The notes beneath the pieces were generated by a model. The model worked only from the letters and a program-made list of their open reading frames with translations, ran no database searches and was not told the DNA's origin. 64,000 nucleotides of DNA from the human T2T-CHM13v2.0 reference genome, Homo sapiens: NCBI RefSeq assembly GCF_009914755.1, contig NC_060925.1. The stretch is one strand, 5' to 3'. Of this stretch, positions 39,326 to 51,400 are shown piece by piece; position 1 is the stretch's first letter; each line of letters starts with the position of its first letter. A program made the translations under genes and the position numbers.

Positions 39326-42300
39326 ACACACAGACACACACACACACAGAGAGAGAACGAGCTCAGTGAATTGTCCAGGTGACACACTGATGAGGGAGTA
39401 ACAGGACACTCTGAGTTAGTGCCCTCAGGACACACAGCATACAGGGATCATGAAAAGACTGTGCTCAATAATTTTCCATAAAATGTGCTCAAGTTTCCAT
39501 GCAGTCGCCATGAGAATACAGTTTTTGAAGTCTGGTCCACCTACAGTAGGTTAGTAAATGATAAGGGGAGGAAGAAATGGAAACCTAAATATCTACTGCA
39601 ATGAAAACCAACAGCAATGTTAGTAGGAATAATTCAGGCTTGCTGGAAAAGATGTAATCGATAATGTCAGCCCGCTCTGTTTTCCCTGAACCAGGAGTCT
39701 CCAGATGTCAACACAGAAGTAGCTGTTCACAATTGCTCAGTTACCTGGGGCATGGTGGGCCTTGGTCTTCTTCCTCTTCTTGGTCCTTTTTAGTTCCTGC
39801 AATACATTCAGACAGGGACAGACAAAATAAGCCAATTCACCTACACCCATAACAGTCCACTGTCTAATCCCCACACAGGGATCTCAGGCTCCTCAGCATG
39901 AGAACAGGACAATGTGAGAGAGATACTTCAGGAGGCCTGAAAGCTGGTCATGATATTCTTTGGTTTGCATCTCAGAACCAAGGGTGAAATATCCCCATTC
40001 TGGTAGATCGTTATCCCAAAATCATTTATCCCAAGTTTGTGCAAACAGTTATGCCTTATTGTTCCCATCAGTTCAAAGAAAATGCCCCAGATGATTTCTA
40101 GGAGGAAAACTGCAGTATTCAGCCCTGTCTCATCAAATGCCCAGCTCGTTCATGGATGCAAGAATTTTAGACACTGAAATTAGAATGAAGGAGGAAATCT
40201 ACAAACCCTTCAGTCCAAATCATAGTTCTGTGAATTTTTTACATCTGCCTGGGTCCAATGTGCTGAGAGCGGGCTCAGCTTGCCACAGGCATGGCTGGAG
40301 ACTAGGAATAGAGCCTTGCTCACTGACCCATTTCATGTCTAGGCTTCCAACTGAGACTACAGTTTCATTACAACCTATATGCGCCCATAGGTCCTGCCTG
40401 CGGCAATGACATCTCTCGGGTCAGTAAGGGCCACTTGGAACAGGAATATCACCCCTATCTGGAAGACCAGGTGGAGGCTTATCACCTTCACAGTAAGGTA
40501 CTCACTGTCCACGTCAAGAGCCAAGCCAAGGTACTGTTCCTCCAATGAGTAAACAGCACTGCTGTAGGGCTGGCCTAAGTCAGGCAGTTCAAGATAACCT
40601 GAAGGAGTCGAATAACATCTATCCAGTGAGTCCTGCAAGACTTCAGGCTCTTTCTCATCCAGCAGCTCCCTGCTGAGCCTGGAAAAGTAGGAAAAAGTAA
40701 AGAATAAGCCAGGGGGAATCAGAAACCACACAGCCCCAGCTAGATTTCATGGCTAACATAAGGAACTGTTTAAAAAGAAAAAGGACAGATCCATTAATGA
40801 GGTAATGAATTATTGCCTTTATGTTGGGATAGACCAGGGCCAGGTAGAAAAGAATGAAAGAGAAAGACAGGGAGAGGGAGGGAGAGAGAGAGAGAGAGAG
40901 AGAGGAGAAAGTAAGCTCAGCGAGTTGGCCGGGTGACACACTGATGAAGGGGTCAAAGGACACTCTGAGTTAGTGCCCTCGGGACACACAGCGAACAGTG
41001 ATCATGAAAAGAGTGGGCTCAATAATTTTCCATAAACTTGCTCAAGATTCCATGCAGTTGCCATACAGCCTTTGAGGTATGGTCAACCTATAGTAAGTTA
41101 GTAAATGATAAGGGGAGGAAGAAATGGAAACCTAAACATCTACTGCAATGAAAACCAACAGCAATATCAGGAGGAGTAATTCAACCTTCGTTGAAAACAT
41201 GAAATTGAACACACTCTTGTTTTCCCTGGACCTGGCATCTCCAGGTGTCAACACAGAATTAAGCATCCATAATTGCTCAAAGTTACCTGGGGCATGATGG
41301 GTCTTGGTCTTCTTCCACTTCTTGGTACTTTTCAATTTCTGCAATAAGTTCAGACATGGACAGACATATTAAGCTGGTTCTCCTACACACATAACAATCC
41401 ACTGTCTAATCCTCACACAGGGACTTCAGGCTCCTCAGCATGAGAATAGGACACTGTGAGAGGTAGTCTTCAGGAGGCCTGAAGGCTGATCACGATAGAG
41501 ATTCCTTGGTTTTTGTCCCAGAAACTGTGGGTAAAATTCCCTATTCTGGTAGATCGTTATCCCAATATCATTTGTCCCAAGTTTGTGCAAATGGTTATGC
41601 CATATTTTTCCAATCGATTTAAAGCAAATGCCCCCAAATGGTTGCTAGGAGAAAAACTGCACTATTCAGCCCTGTCTCATCAAATACTCAGATTGTTCAC
41701 GGTAGCGAGGATTTTAGACGCTGAAATTAGAGTGAAGGATGAAATCTACAAGATCTACAAAATTGAGACAAAATCAGAGTTGTGTGAATTTGTCACATCT
41801 GCCCAGGTCCAACGTCATGAGAGTAGGATTAGGGCGCCACAGGCATGGCCTGAGACTAGGAAGAGAGCCTTGCTCACTGACCCATCCCTTGTCTGGGCTT
41901 CCAAGTGGAACTAGAGTTTCATTCAACCTACATGTGCCTATAGGACCTCCCTGTGGCAATGACATCTCTCAGCTCAGTAAGGGCCACTTGCAGTAGGAAT
42001 ATGACCCTAACCAGAAGACTCAGTGGATCCTTATCACCTTCATAGAAAGGTACTCACCATCCATGTCAACAGCCAAGCCAACACGCTGTTGCTCCAATAC
42101 GTAAAAGGCACTTCTGTAGGGCTGGCATGAGTCAGTCAGTTCAAGACAACCTGAAGGAGTTGAATAACATCTATCCAGTGAGTCCTGCAAGACTTCAGGC
42201 CCTTTCTCATCCAGCAGCTCCCTGCTGAGCCTGGAAAAGTGGGAAAAAGTAAAGAATAAGCCAGGGGGAATCAGAAACCACACAGCCCCAGCTAGATTTC

Positions 42301-42439
42301 ATGGCTAACGTAAGGAAGAGTTTGAAAAGAAAAAGGACAGATCCATTAATGAGGTAAGAAATTATTGCCTTTATGTTGGGATAGACTAGGGCCAGGTAGA
42401 AAAGGATGAAAGAGAGAGACACACACTCACACACACACA

Positions 42440-42476
<37 letters not shown>

Positions 42477-45400
42477 CGAGCTCAGTGAATTGGTCAGGTG
42501 ACACACTGATGAGGGAGTCAAAGGACACTCTGTATTTGTGCTCTCAGGACACACTGTGAACAGTGATCATGAAAAGCATGTCCTCAATAATTTTGCATAA
42601 AATGTGCTCAAGTTTCCCTGCAGTTACCATGAGAATACAGCTTTTGAGTTATGGTCAACTTTCACTAGGTTAGTAAATGATAAGGGTAGGAAGAAATGGA
42701 AACCTAAACATGTACTCTAATGAGAACCAGAAAGCAATGTAGTAGGCATAATTCAGACTTGTCTGACAAGACAAAATCATTATTTTCAGCATGTACTGTT
42801 TTCCCTGGACTTGGCATCTCCAGGTGTCAACATCAAATTAACTCTCCACAATTTCTCAGACTCACCTGGGACCTGTTGCCTCTTGGTCCTCCTTTTTCAC
42901 TTGATCCCACCGATGTCCTGCAAATAAATTCAGATGGGCCCTCTTACATTAAGCAGTTCTTCCTTGCACACAGAAACATTCCTCTGTCCAATCCTAACAC
43001 AGGGACATCAGTCTTGTCAGTGTGAGAACAGGAGACTTTGAGAGAAATATTCCAGTAGGCCTGAGGTCAAGTCTTGAGAAAACTGGCTTGGGTTCTTTCA
43101 TGAGCCTTGGGCAAAATTCCCCTGTGTTGGAATGTTATCTTCCCTATGTGCTCTGTCCTAGGCTTCTGTACACAAATGAGAAATTTTTTCCCCAATAAAT
43201 TGTAGGCAAATAGTTCTAACACCTCATAGGAGAGACACTTCAATATTAAGCTTTCTCTCATCAAATACCCAGAATTTGATAGTTTATGAGATTGTGGACA
43301 CAGAGATTTGATGAAGGGGTGCAATGTACCAGCTCTTGAGTCAAAATGAAACTTGGTTCTACACAGAAGCATCAGCTATTATGGCTTTTGTGGGTGAAAA
43401 GTCAGCCATTTATCTAGAAAACATACCAGGAACATGATGGACAGATGAGCTAAAACAAGCGAACTTAGAAGACACAGAAAATGGGAATAAATTCAGTGAA
43501 ACCTGGGTCACATCTTTCACTGAGAGGTAGACAAGGGTGACACTGGCCTTGGGCGGGTAAAGAACCACACAGACATGCTTTGGGAACAAAACTCATAAGG
43601 AATTTTGTAGCTGGCAAGAGACATTTAATTCAGATGAGCTGAGCTGACAGACAACTCCTGGGCATGTGCTGCATAGTTTGGTGTGAGTTTGCCACACCTG
43701 CCTTGAGTTCAATGTCGTGACAATCAGTCCAGGTTGGCACGGGCATGGCCTGAGACTAGGAAGAGAGCAAAGCTCACTGACCCACCCCATGCCTGTGCTT
43801 CAGACTCGACTCCAGAGTGATTGAAATCTACATTGATATATAGGTTCAGCCCACGGTGATGGCAAATCTCAGCCCAACAAGGGGCACAAGGCCCAAAGAT
43901 TATGGGGTCTACCTGGGCCATGAACTGGAGCTTTATCACCTTCACAGTGTAGTACTCACTGCCTATGTCAACAGCCATGCAGACTTGCTGTTCCTCTAAT
44001 GAGTGAAATGTGCTGCTGTAAGACTGGTACGAGGCCAACATTTCAGGAGGAATTGAGAGAGTCGAATAACCTTCATCCCAGGACTCCTGGGGGACTTCCT
44101 CCTCTTCAGACTCCTGCAGATTCCTGATGAGCCAGGCAGGACAGGGATGATAGAAGATTTAACCAACAGACATTAGACAACAAAACCTCCCAGATGATCT
44201 GATGGGAGACAGAATGGAGTGGTCACAGAAACCAAAGGCATTTTTCCTTCAAGAGAAATAAAACTATCCTTCTAAATGCAGGGTGGAGGGTGACTGCTCT
44301 GGGGACAGAGCAAAAATGGGCAGCATGTGCTCAGTACATTTGCCACAGATGAGCCAACTCAGGGCACCCAGACTCTCCCTGTAAACTACCATCATGACTT
44401 GCAGCACAGAGAACTGACACAGGGCTTCAACTACTTTGCATAAATTGGGTTGAATTTTACATGCAGCATTCAAGTGAAGAGAGTTCTTGACGCAGTGCAG
44501 ACACAGATCTTGTGTATTAAGGGCCCCATTTTCCCAATATTTTGATATAATATATTTACTTTTTCAATTTCTTTTCTTGCAAAAATACTAGCCAACATAC
44601 TACCAACAAATAGGAAAAAAGCATGTATACACCTCTCCCTGGATTTAAACACATCGGAGAGAATAGGCAACACCAAGAAATCCCTGTTTGAGGGTCTGGA
44701 GTGGACTTCCAGCAAACTCCAACAGACCTGAAGCTGAGGGACCTGACTGTTAGAAGGAAAACTAACACACAGAAAGGAATAACATCAACATCAACAAAAA
44801 AGACATCCACCCCAAAACCCCATCTGTAGGTCACCATCATCAAAGACCAAGGGTAGATAAAACCACAAAGGTGGGGAGAAACCAGAGCACAAAAGCTGAA
44901 AATTCCAAAAACCTGACATCCCTTCTCCTCCAAAGGATCGCAGCTCCTCGCCAGCAATGGAACAAAGCAGGATGGAGAATGACTTTGATGAGCTGACAGA
45001 AGTAGGCTTCAGAAAGTCGGTAATAACAAACTTCTCTGAGCTAAAGGAGGATGTGCGAACTCATCGCAAGGAAGCTAAAAACCTTGAAAAAAGATTAGAC
45101 GAATGGCTAACCAGAATGAACAGTGTAGAGAAGACCTTAAATGACCTGATGGAGCTGAAAACCATGGCACGAGAACTACGTGATGCATGCACAAGCTTCA
45201 GTAGCCAATTCGATCAAGTGCAAGAAATGGTATCAGTGATTCAAGATCAAATTAGTGAAATGAAGCGAGAAGAGAAGTTTAGAGAAAAAAGAGTAAAAAG
45301 AAATGAACAAGCCTCCAATAAATATGGGACTATGTGGAAAGACCAAATCTACATTTGATTGGTGTACTGAAAGTGACGGGGAGAATGGAACCAAGCTGGG

Positions 45401-48400
45401 AAACATTCTTCAGGATATTATCCAGGAGGACTTCCCCAACCTAGCAAGGAAGGCCAACATTCAAATTCAGGAAACACAGAGAACACCATAAAGATACTCC
45501 TCGAGAAGAGCAACCCCAAAACACTTAATTGTCAGATTCACCAAGGTTGAAATGAAGGAAAAAATGCTAAGGGCAGCCAGAGAGAAAGGTCGGATTACCC
45601 ACAAAGGGAAGCCCATCAGACTAGCAGCAGATCTCTTGGCACAAACCCTACAAGCCAGAAGAGAGTGGGAGCAATATTCAACATTCTTTTTTTTTTCCAT
45701 ATGTATAGTTTTCCTTTATTATTTTTTGTGTGTATGTATATATATATATATACAGATATATATAATACTTTAAGTCTTAGGGTACATGTGCACAACGTGC
45801 AGGTTAGTTACATATGTATACATGTCCACATTGGTGTGCTTCACCCATTAACTCATCATTTAACATTAGGTATATCTCCTAATGCTACCCCTCCTCCCTC
45901 CCCCCACCCTACAACAGGCCCCAGTGTGTGATGTTCCCCTTTCTGTGTCCATGTGTTCTCATTGTTCAATTCCCACCTGTGAGTAAGAACATGCGGTATT
46001 TGGTTTTTTGTCCTTGCAATAGTTTGCTGAGAATGATGGTTTCCAGCTTCATCCATGCCCCTACAAAGGACATGAACTCATCATTTTTTATAGCTGCATA
46101 GTATTCCATGGTGTATATGTGCCACATTTTCTTAATCCAGTCTATCATTGCTGGATATTTGGCTTGGTTCCAAGTCTTTGCTATTGTGAATAGTGCCACA
46201 ATAAACATATGTGTGCATGTGTCTTTACAGCAGCATGATTTATAATCATTTGGGTACACACCCAGTAATGGGATGGCTGGGTCAAATGGTATTTCTAGTT
46301 CTAGATCCCTGAGGAATTGTCACACTGCCTTCCACAATCGTTGAACTAGTTTACAGTCCCACCAACAGTGTAAAAGTGTTCCTATTTCTCCACATCCTCT
46401 CCAGCATCTTCAACATTCTTAAAGAAAAGAATTTTCAACCCAGAATTTCATATCCAGCCAAACAAAGCTTCATAAGTGAAGGAGAAATAAATCCTTTACA
46501 GAGAAGCAAATGCTGAGAGATTTTGTCACCACCAGGCCTGCCTTACAAGAGCTCCTAAAGGAAGCAGTAAACATGGAAAGGAACAACCGGTACCAGCCAC
46601 TACAAAAACATGCCAAACTGTAAAGACCATTGACGCTAGGAAGAAACTGCATCAACTAATGGGCGAAATAACCAGCTAATATCATAACGACAGGATCAAA
46701 TTCACACATAACAATATTAACCTTAAATGTAAATGGGCTAAATGCCCCAGTTAAAAAACACAGAATGGCAAATTGGATAAAGAGTCAAGTCCCATCAGTG
46801 TGCTGTACTCAGGAAACCCATCTCACATGCAGAGACACACATAGGCTCAAACTAAAGGGATGGAGGAAGATCTACCAAGCAAATGGAAAACAAAAAAAGG
46901 CAGGGGTTGCAATCCTAGTCTCTGATAAAACAGACTTTAAACCAACCAAGATCAAAAGAGACAAAGAAGGCCACTACATAATGGTAAAGGGATCAATTCA
47001 ACAAGAGTTAACTATCCTAAACATATATGCACCGTATACAGGAGCACCCAGATTCATAAAGCAAGTCCTGAGAGACCTACAAAGAGATTTAGACTCCACA
47101 CAATCATCATGGGAGACTTTAACACCCCACTGTCAATATTAGACAGATCAATGAGACAGAAGCTTAACAAGGATATCCAGGACTTGAACTCAGCTCTCCA
47201 CCAAGCAGACCTAAAAGACATCTACAGAACTCTCCACCCCAAATCCACAGAATATACATTCTTCTCAGCACCACATCACACTTATTCCAAAATTGACCAC
47301 ATAGTTGGAGGTAAAGCACTCGTCAGCAAATGTAAAAGAATGGAAATCACAACAAACTGTCAGACCACAGTGCAATCAAATTAGAACTCAGGATTAAGAA
47401 ACTCACTCAAAACCGCACAACTACATGGAAACTCAACAACCTGCTCCTGAATGACTACTGGGAAAATAACAAAATGAAGGCAGAAATAAAGATGTTCTTT
47501 GAAACCAATGAGAACAAAGACACAACATATCAGAATCTCTGGGACACATTTAAAGCAATGTGTAGAGGGAAAATTATAGCACTAAATGCCCACAAGAGAA
47601 AGCAGAAAAGATCTAAAATTGACACCCTAACATCACAATTAAAATAACTAGAGAAGCAAAGCAAACAAATTCAAAAGCTAGCAGAAGACAAGAAGTAACT
47701 AAGATCAGAGCAGAACTAAAGGAGATAGAGACACAAAAAACCCTTCAAAAGATCAATGAATCCAGGGCTGGTTTTTTGAAAAGATCAACAAGAAAACCCT
47801 GTTTGGCTAGTTCACCTGGCTCATCTGATGGCAAGTTCCTATCTTGAGAGGACTATGAAATTAAAACCAATACAAGTGCTACAAATAACATACAACATTG
47901 TAAATCAGCACAATTTGTAGCTGGGTGAATGGAAGAAATAGTTCTATTCATCACTTCCTCATTTTCCCTAAATCTACAATCTCCAGATGTCACTACTGAA
48001 TTAACAGCCAACAATTCCACAACATTACCTGGGAGACACTGGCCCTTTTTCTTCCTCTTCCTCATCATCACTTTCATTTTCTGTAAATAAATTCAGAGAA
48101 GCAGGTCACATTAAGCAATTCATACTTCACATATGAACAAATCACTGTCCAGTCATAGCACAAGGACATAACTATTCTCAGTGCAAGAATAAGGATTCTG
48201 ACAGGAATATTCTAGGGTGTCCTAGATTAACTTTGGTGAGAATTAGATAACCCTGCTTTCCAGACCCACAGGCCAAAATCTCCCTCTACGTGTAGACCAT
48301 AATGCCATATTCCCTGCCTGAGTCAAAGTTAAACAAAATTTTTTCCCCAAAAAAATCTCCAAAAATTGGTCAAACAATTTTCTAAGAGTGCTGCTGCGAT

Positions 48401-51400
48401 ACGGACTTATATCACCAGGTAACATGGACATTAAATGTTTAGAGGCATCTATACATGAAACACGACTGATAGATAAATTTGAACAACTCTTGCTTTAAAA
48501 AGAATCTGTGATTTGGGAGGCCAAGACAGGTGAATCATTTGAGGTCATGAGTTCAGGACTACCCTGGCCAATATGGGGAAACCCTGTCTCTACTAAAAAT
48601 ACAAAAATTAGCCAGATGTGATGTTGTGCACCTGTGGTCCCAGCAACTCAGGAGGCTGAGGCAGGAGAATCACTTGAATCTGGGAGGCAGAGGTTGCACC
48701 AAGCCAAGATGGTGCCACTGCACTCCAGCCTGGGTGACAGAGCAAGACTCCATCACAAAAAAAAAAAAAAAAAAAAAAAATCCACGATGCTACAAAGAAA
48801 CATTGGATCAGCCATTGCATTGACAGGGTGGAGAACCAGGGTCCAGCCTTGCTTTATGGAAATATATCAGCAAAGTAAAGAAGAAAAGTTTCTGTCCTGA
48901 TTTCAGGGTGACTGTGCAGCTAAGCAAGCTGACTTAAAGGAGATCCAGATGAAAGCTGAGAGCAGTGAAGCCGGGGGAACAATATTTCCAAATACAAAGG
49001 CAAGGCTGCCAGCTTCCTTAAACAGGCATAGAAATTCCATGGACATTGTTCAGGGACAGAGGACTTAATCACAGATGACAAGAGATACTGAATCGAAGCT
49101 AGTAGGCCTGACAGATACTGCCTGTGCACCTCCTGCACTCAGGTGACTATGAGATTGTCACACTTGCCTGGGGTTGAGTAACTTGATACTGGGGACTGGC
49201 AGACAAAGTCATGACATTAGCTGAGAAGGACAAAAAAAGTCCCTGATATCTGTTTAGAAACCCATCACAGTTTTTTATTCAAATGAATTTGTGTTTATAG
49301 AGCCTGTCTTCAGAGTTTATCTTCCTCAGCCTAGAGAGAGGTATGAGACACAAGGAAAACAGAGGCTACCTGGAATAATGTGTACAGCATCCTCCCATTC
49401 AACATGAGAGGATGAGCCAATCAGAGTTGAGTCGACTTTGTCTTCCTCAAATGTGATTTTGGTTTTCCTATGTGGCTGGTTGGAGTCATAAGGGCCATGG
49501 CTATTTGAATAAGTGATGGCACATTCCTCCTGTGAGTCCTCAGGGACTTCCTTTTCTTCAGCCTTCTGCATCTCCCTGATGAGCCAGGTGGGACAGAGAT
49601 GACAGAAGATTAAACACAGAGGGATTGGACCCCAGGGAGTCCTAGCTGGTTTTGACAGGCGGCATTAAGAGAGTGGTCCCAGAAAGCAAAATGGAGGTTC
49701 CCATTAAGGGGGAACATGCAATCCTGTTCTCTCTGCAACAGAGCATGGCTGCCATGGGAACCAGAGAGGAAGAGAGCAGCTGCTGTTCATTGCACTGGAC
49801 AGATAGGAGCTGAGGAGGATGAAGACTCAGCTATCCCTGTACGGTGCAGACGTGACACTCGGCACACACAGAGAAACATGACAGCTGCCGCACCCTGTGT
49901 CTAAGCTGGGTTATATTTCACATACTGTGGCCAAGCAAATGTGGGTTTTTGGCCGATCATAGATGCCAGAGAGGGTGTGCCTCCTAGATATTCCTCATAT
50001 GTTACCATCCATTAATTGTTCCTGAGTATTCAGTGTTACCTGGGGGCAGACGATTTCTGCACTTTCTCAGCCAACTCAACTTGAACATCTTCATCGTCAT
50101 CGTTGTCATTTTCTGTAAATACAGAAGTGTTCGTTCAGATATTTCCCACTTCACAGTCTGCAAGCACAGTCAGCCCAATGTGCAACAGAGACATGAACAT
50201 CTAGGCATGGGTCACCGTTCAACTGAAAACTCTCATGTTTTATCTTTAACAGAATGCCCTGGCATGGTTTCCTGATCCATCAGGCAATGCATTTCTGATC
50301 TGGAGGGCCACCATCAAGATGTGGCCAAATATTGAAAAGACCTTTTGCTTCCCATATCACTGGAGGCTTGTGCAGCCTCTCTCTGGACGTTGGCAGCTGT
50401 CTCCCCCATCCTGCCAGATCTGATTCCCAGGCACAGGCTTGGTGTCCTGTCACGGTTTGCATTTCAAACCTCATTCTTTCTCTTAGAAGCAGACAAACTT
50501 GTCCCACAGTCCTCTATGCATCAGAAGATTTCAAGCCTCCAAGTGGCTTCTGCTGTGTTCTTCAGGGACATTCTATCCATGGGGAGTGCTCCAGTCTGAA
50601 GCACTTCCTACCACAAAACGCCCCCACATAAAGTGCCTTCTCCAACATCACACGGCGAGGGCCTTCATCTCATTTTGGAAAGCAGTTGTAAGTGTTCCCA
50701 CATTTGAATGCTTCAGACCCTTGCAAGAGACAATTTGTCTGCCACGGAGAGAGAGAAACTCAGGAAGGACAAGTCATTCACTCTCTGACAGTTACTAAGA
50801 ACATTGCCGAAAAGACAGCCTGGGAACCTTCATTCTTAGTGCAGAGCTCTTTCACTCTAACAAGCCTGCTCCCATCGCAGCCTCCTTCCTGTCCTTTAAA
50901 ACTAGACAGATGCTGCCTCTTGCTCCAAAGACCACCTTCCATCAAGGGAGGAGGGACACTTGCAATACTGTGACCTCCAACCCCATGGGTTTCCCATCTC
51001 CGTTCTTACCCAAGAAGTCCTGGTCATGTCATGGCCACATAAGCTTAGTGGAAAAAAACACCATTGATACAACTGTCATTGTGAAAGTATGGAGGTCTGG
51101 AGTCTCTCATAAGCCTGGGATTTTGGGTCATCAGGGCCTATGGCCACCTTACCTGGGCTGAGCTTTTGGACAAGGTGCTGTGCCAGTCTACACCCCTCAG
51201 CCAGCTGTTCTTGGAGGTCCTGCCCCTGGGACTTGTCCGGCTCATCCGGAGTAAGGAGGGCCTGGAGATGCTCATTCAATGAGCGGGAGGCATCTCTCCC
51301 TTCCCGCAACTTCTCCCTTAACTGGGTCAGCTCTCGTTCCTGAGCGTGAACCAGGACTTTATATTGCCTAAGGTGAGACGGTAGAGAAAATTTAAGAGTG

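Larger units (their letters stand above)
1..42917 (-). repeat. HLS Olduvai higher-order tandem array (~1.6 kb monomers; 4.75-4.78 kb triplets and 3.183 kb doublets)
   Basis: Near-identical ORFs recur at 4748-4784 bp and 3183 bp spacing. Confidence 0.97.

Noticed and set aside
1-42917. CRISPR-like or prokaryotic repeat-array interpretation
   Set aside because: The units are kb-scale spliced exon-intron modules among Alu and L1 elements, with no short repeat-spacer structure and no cas genes.
44957-47384. L1 ORF1/ORF2 fragments as active or domesticated genes
   Set aside because: Start codons are mutated, there are frameshifts and a nested insertion, and no RT domain is present.
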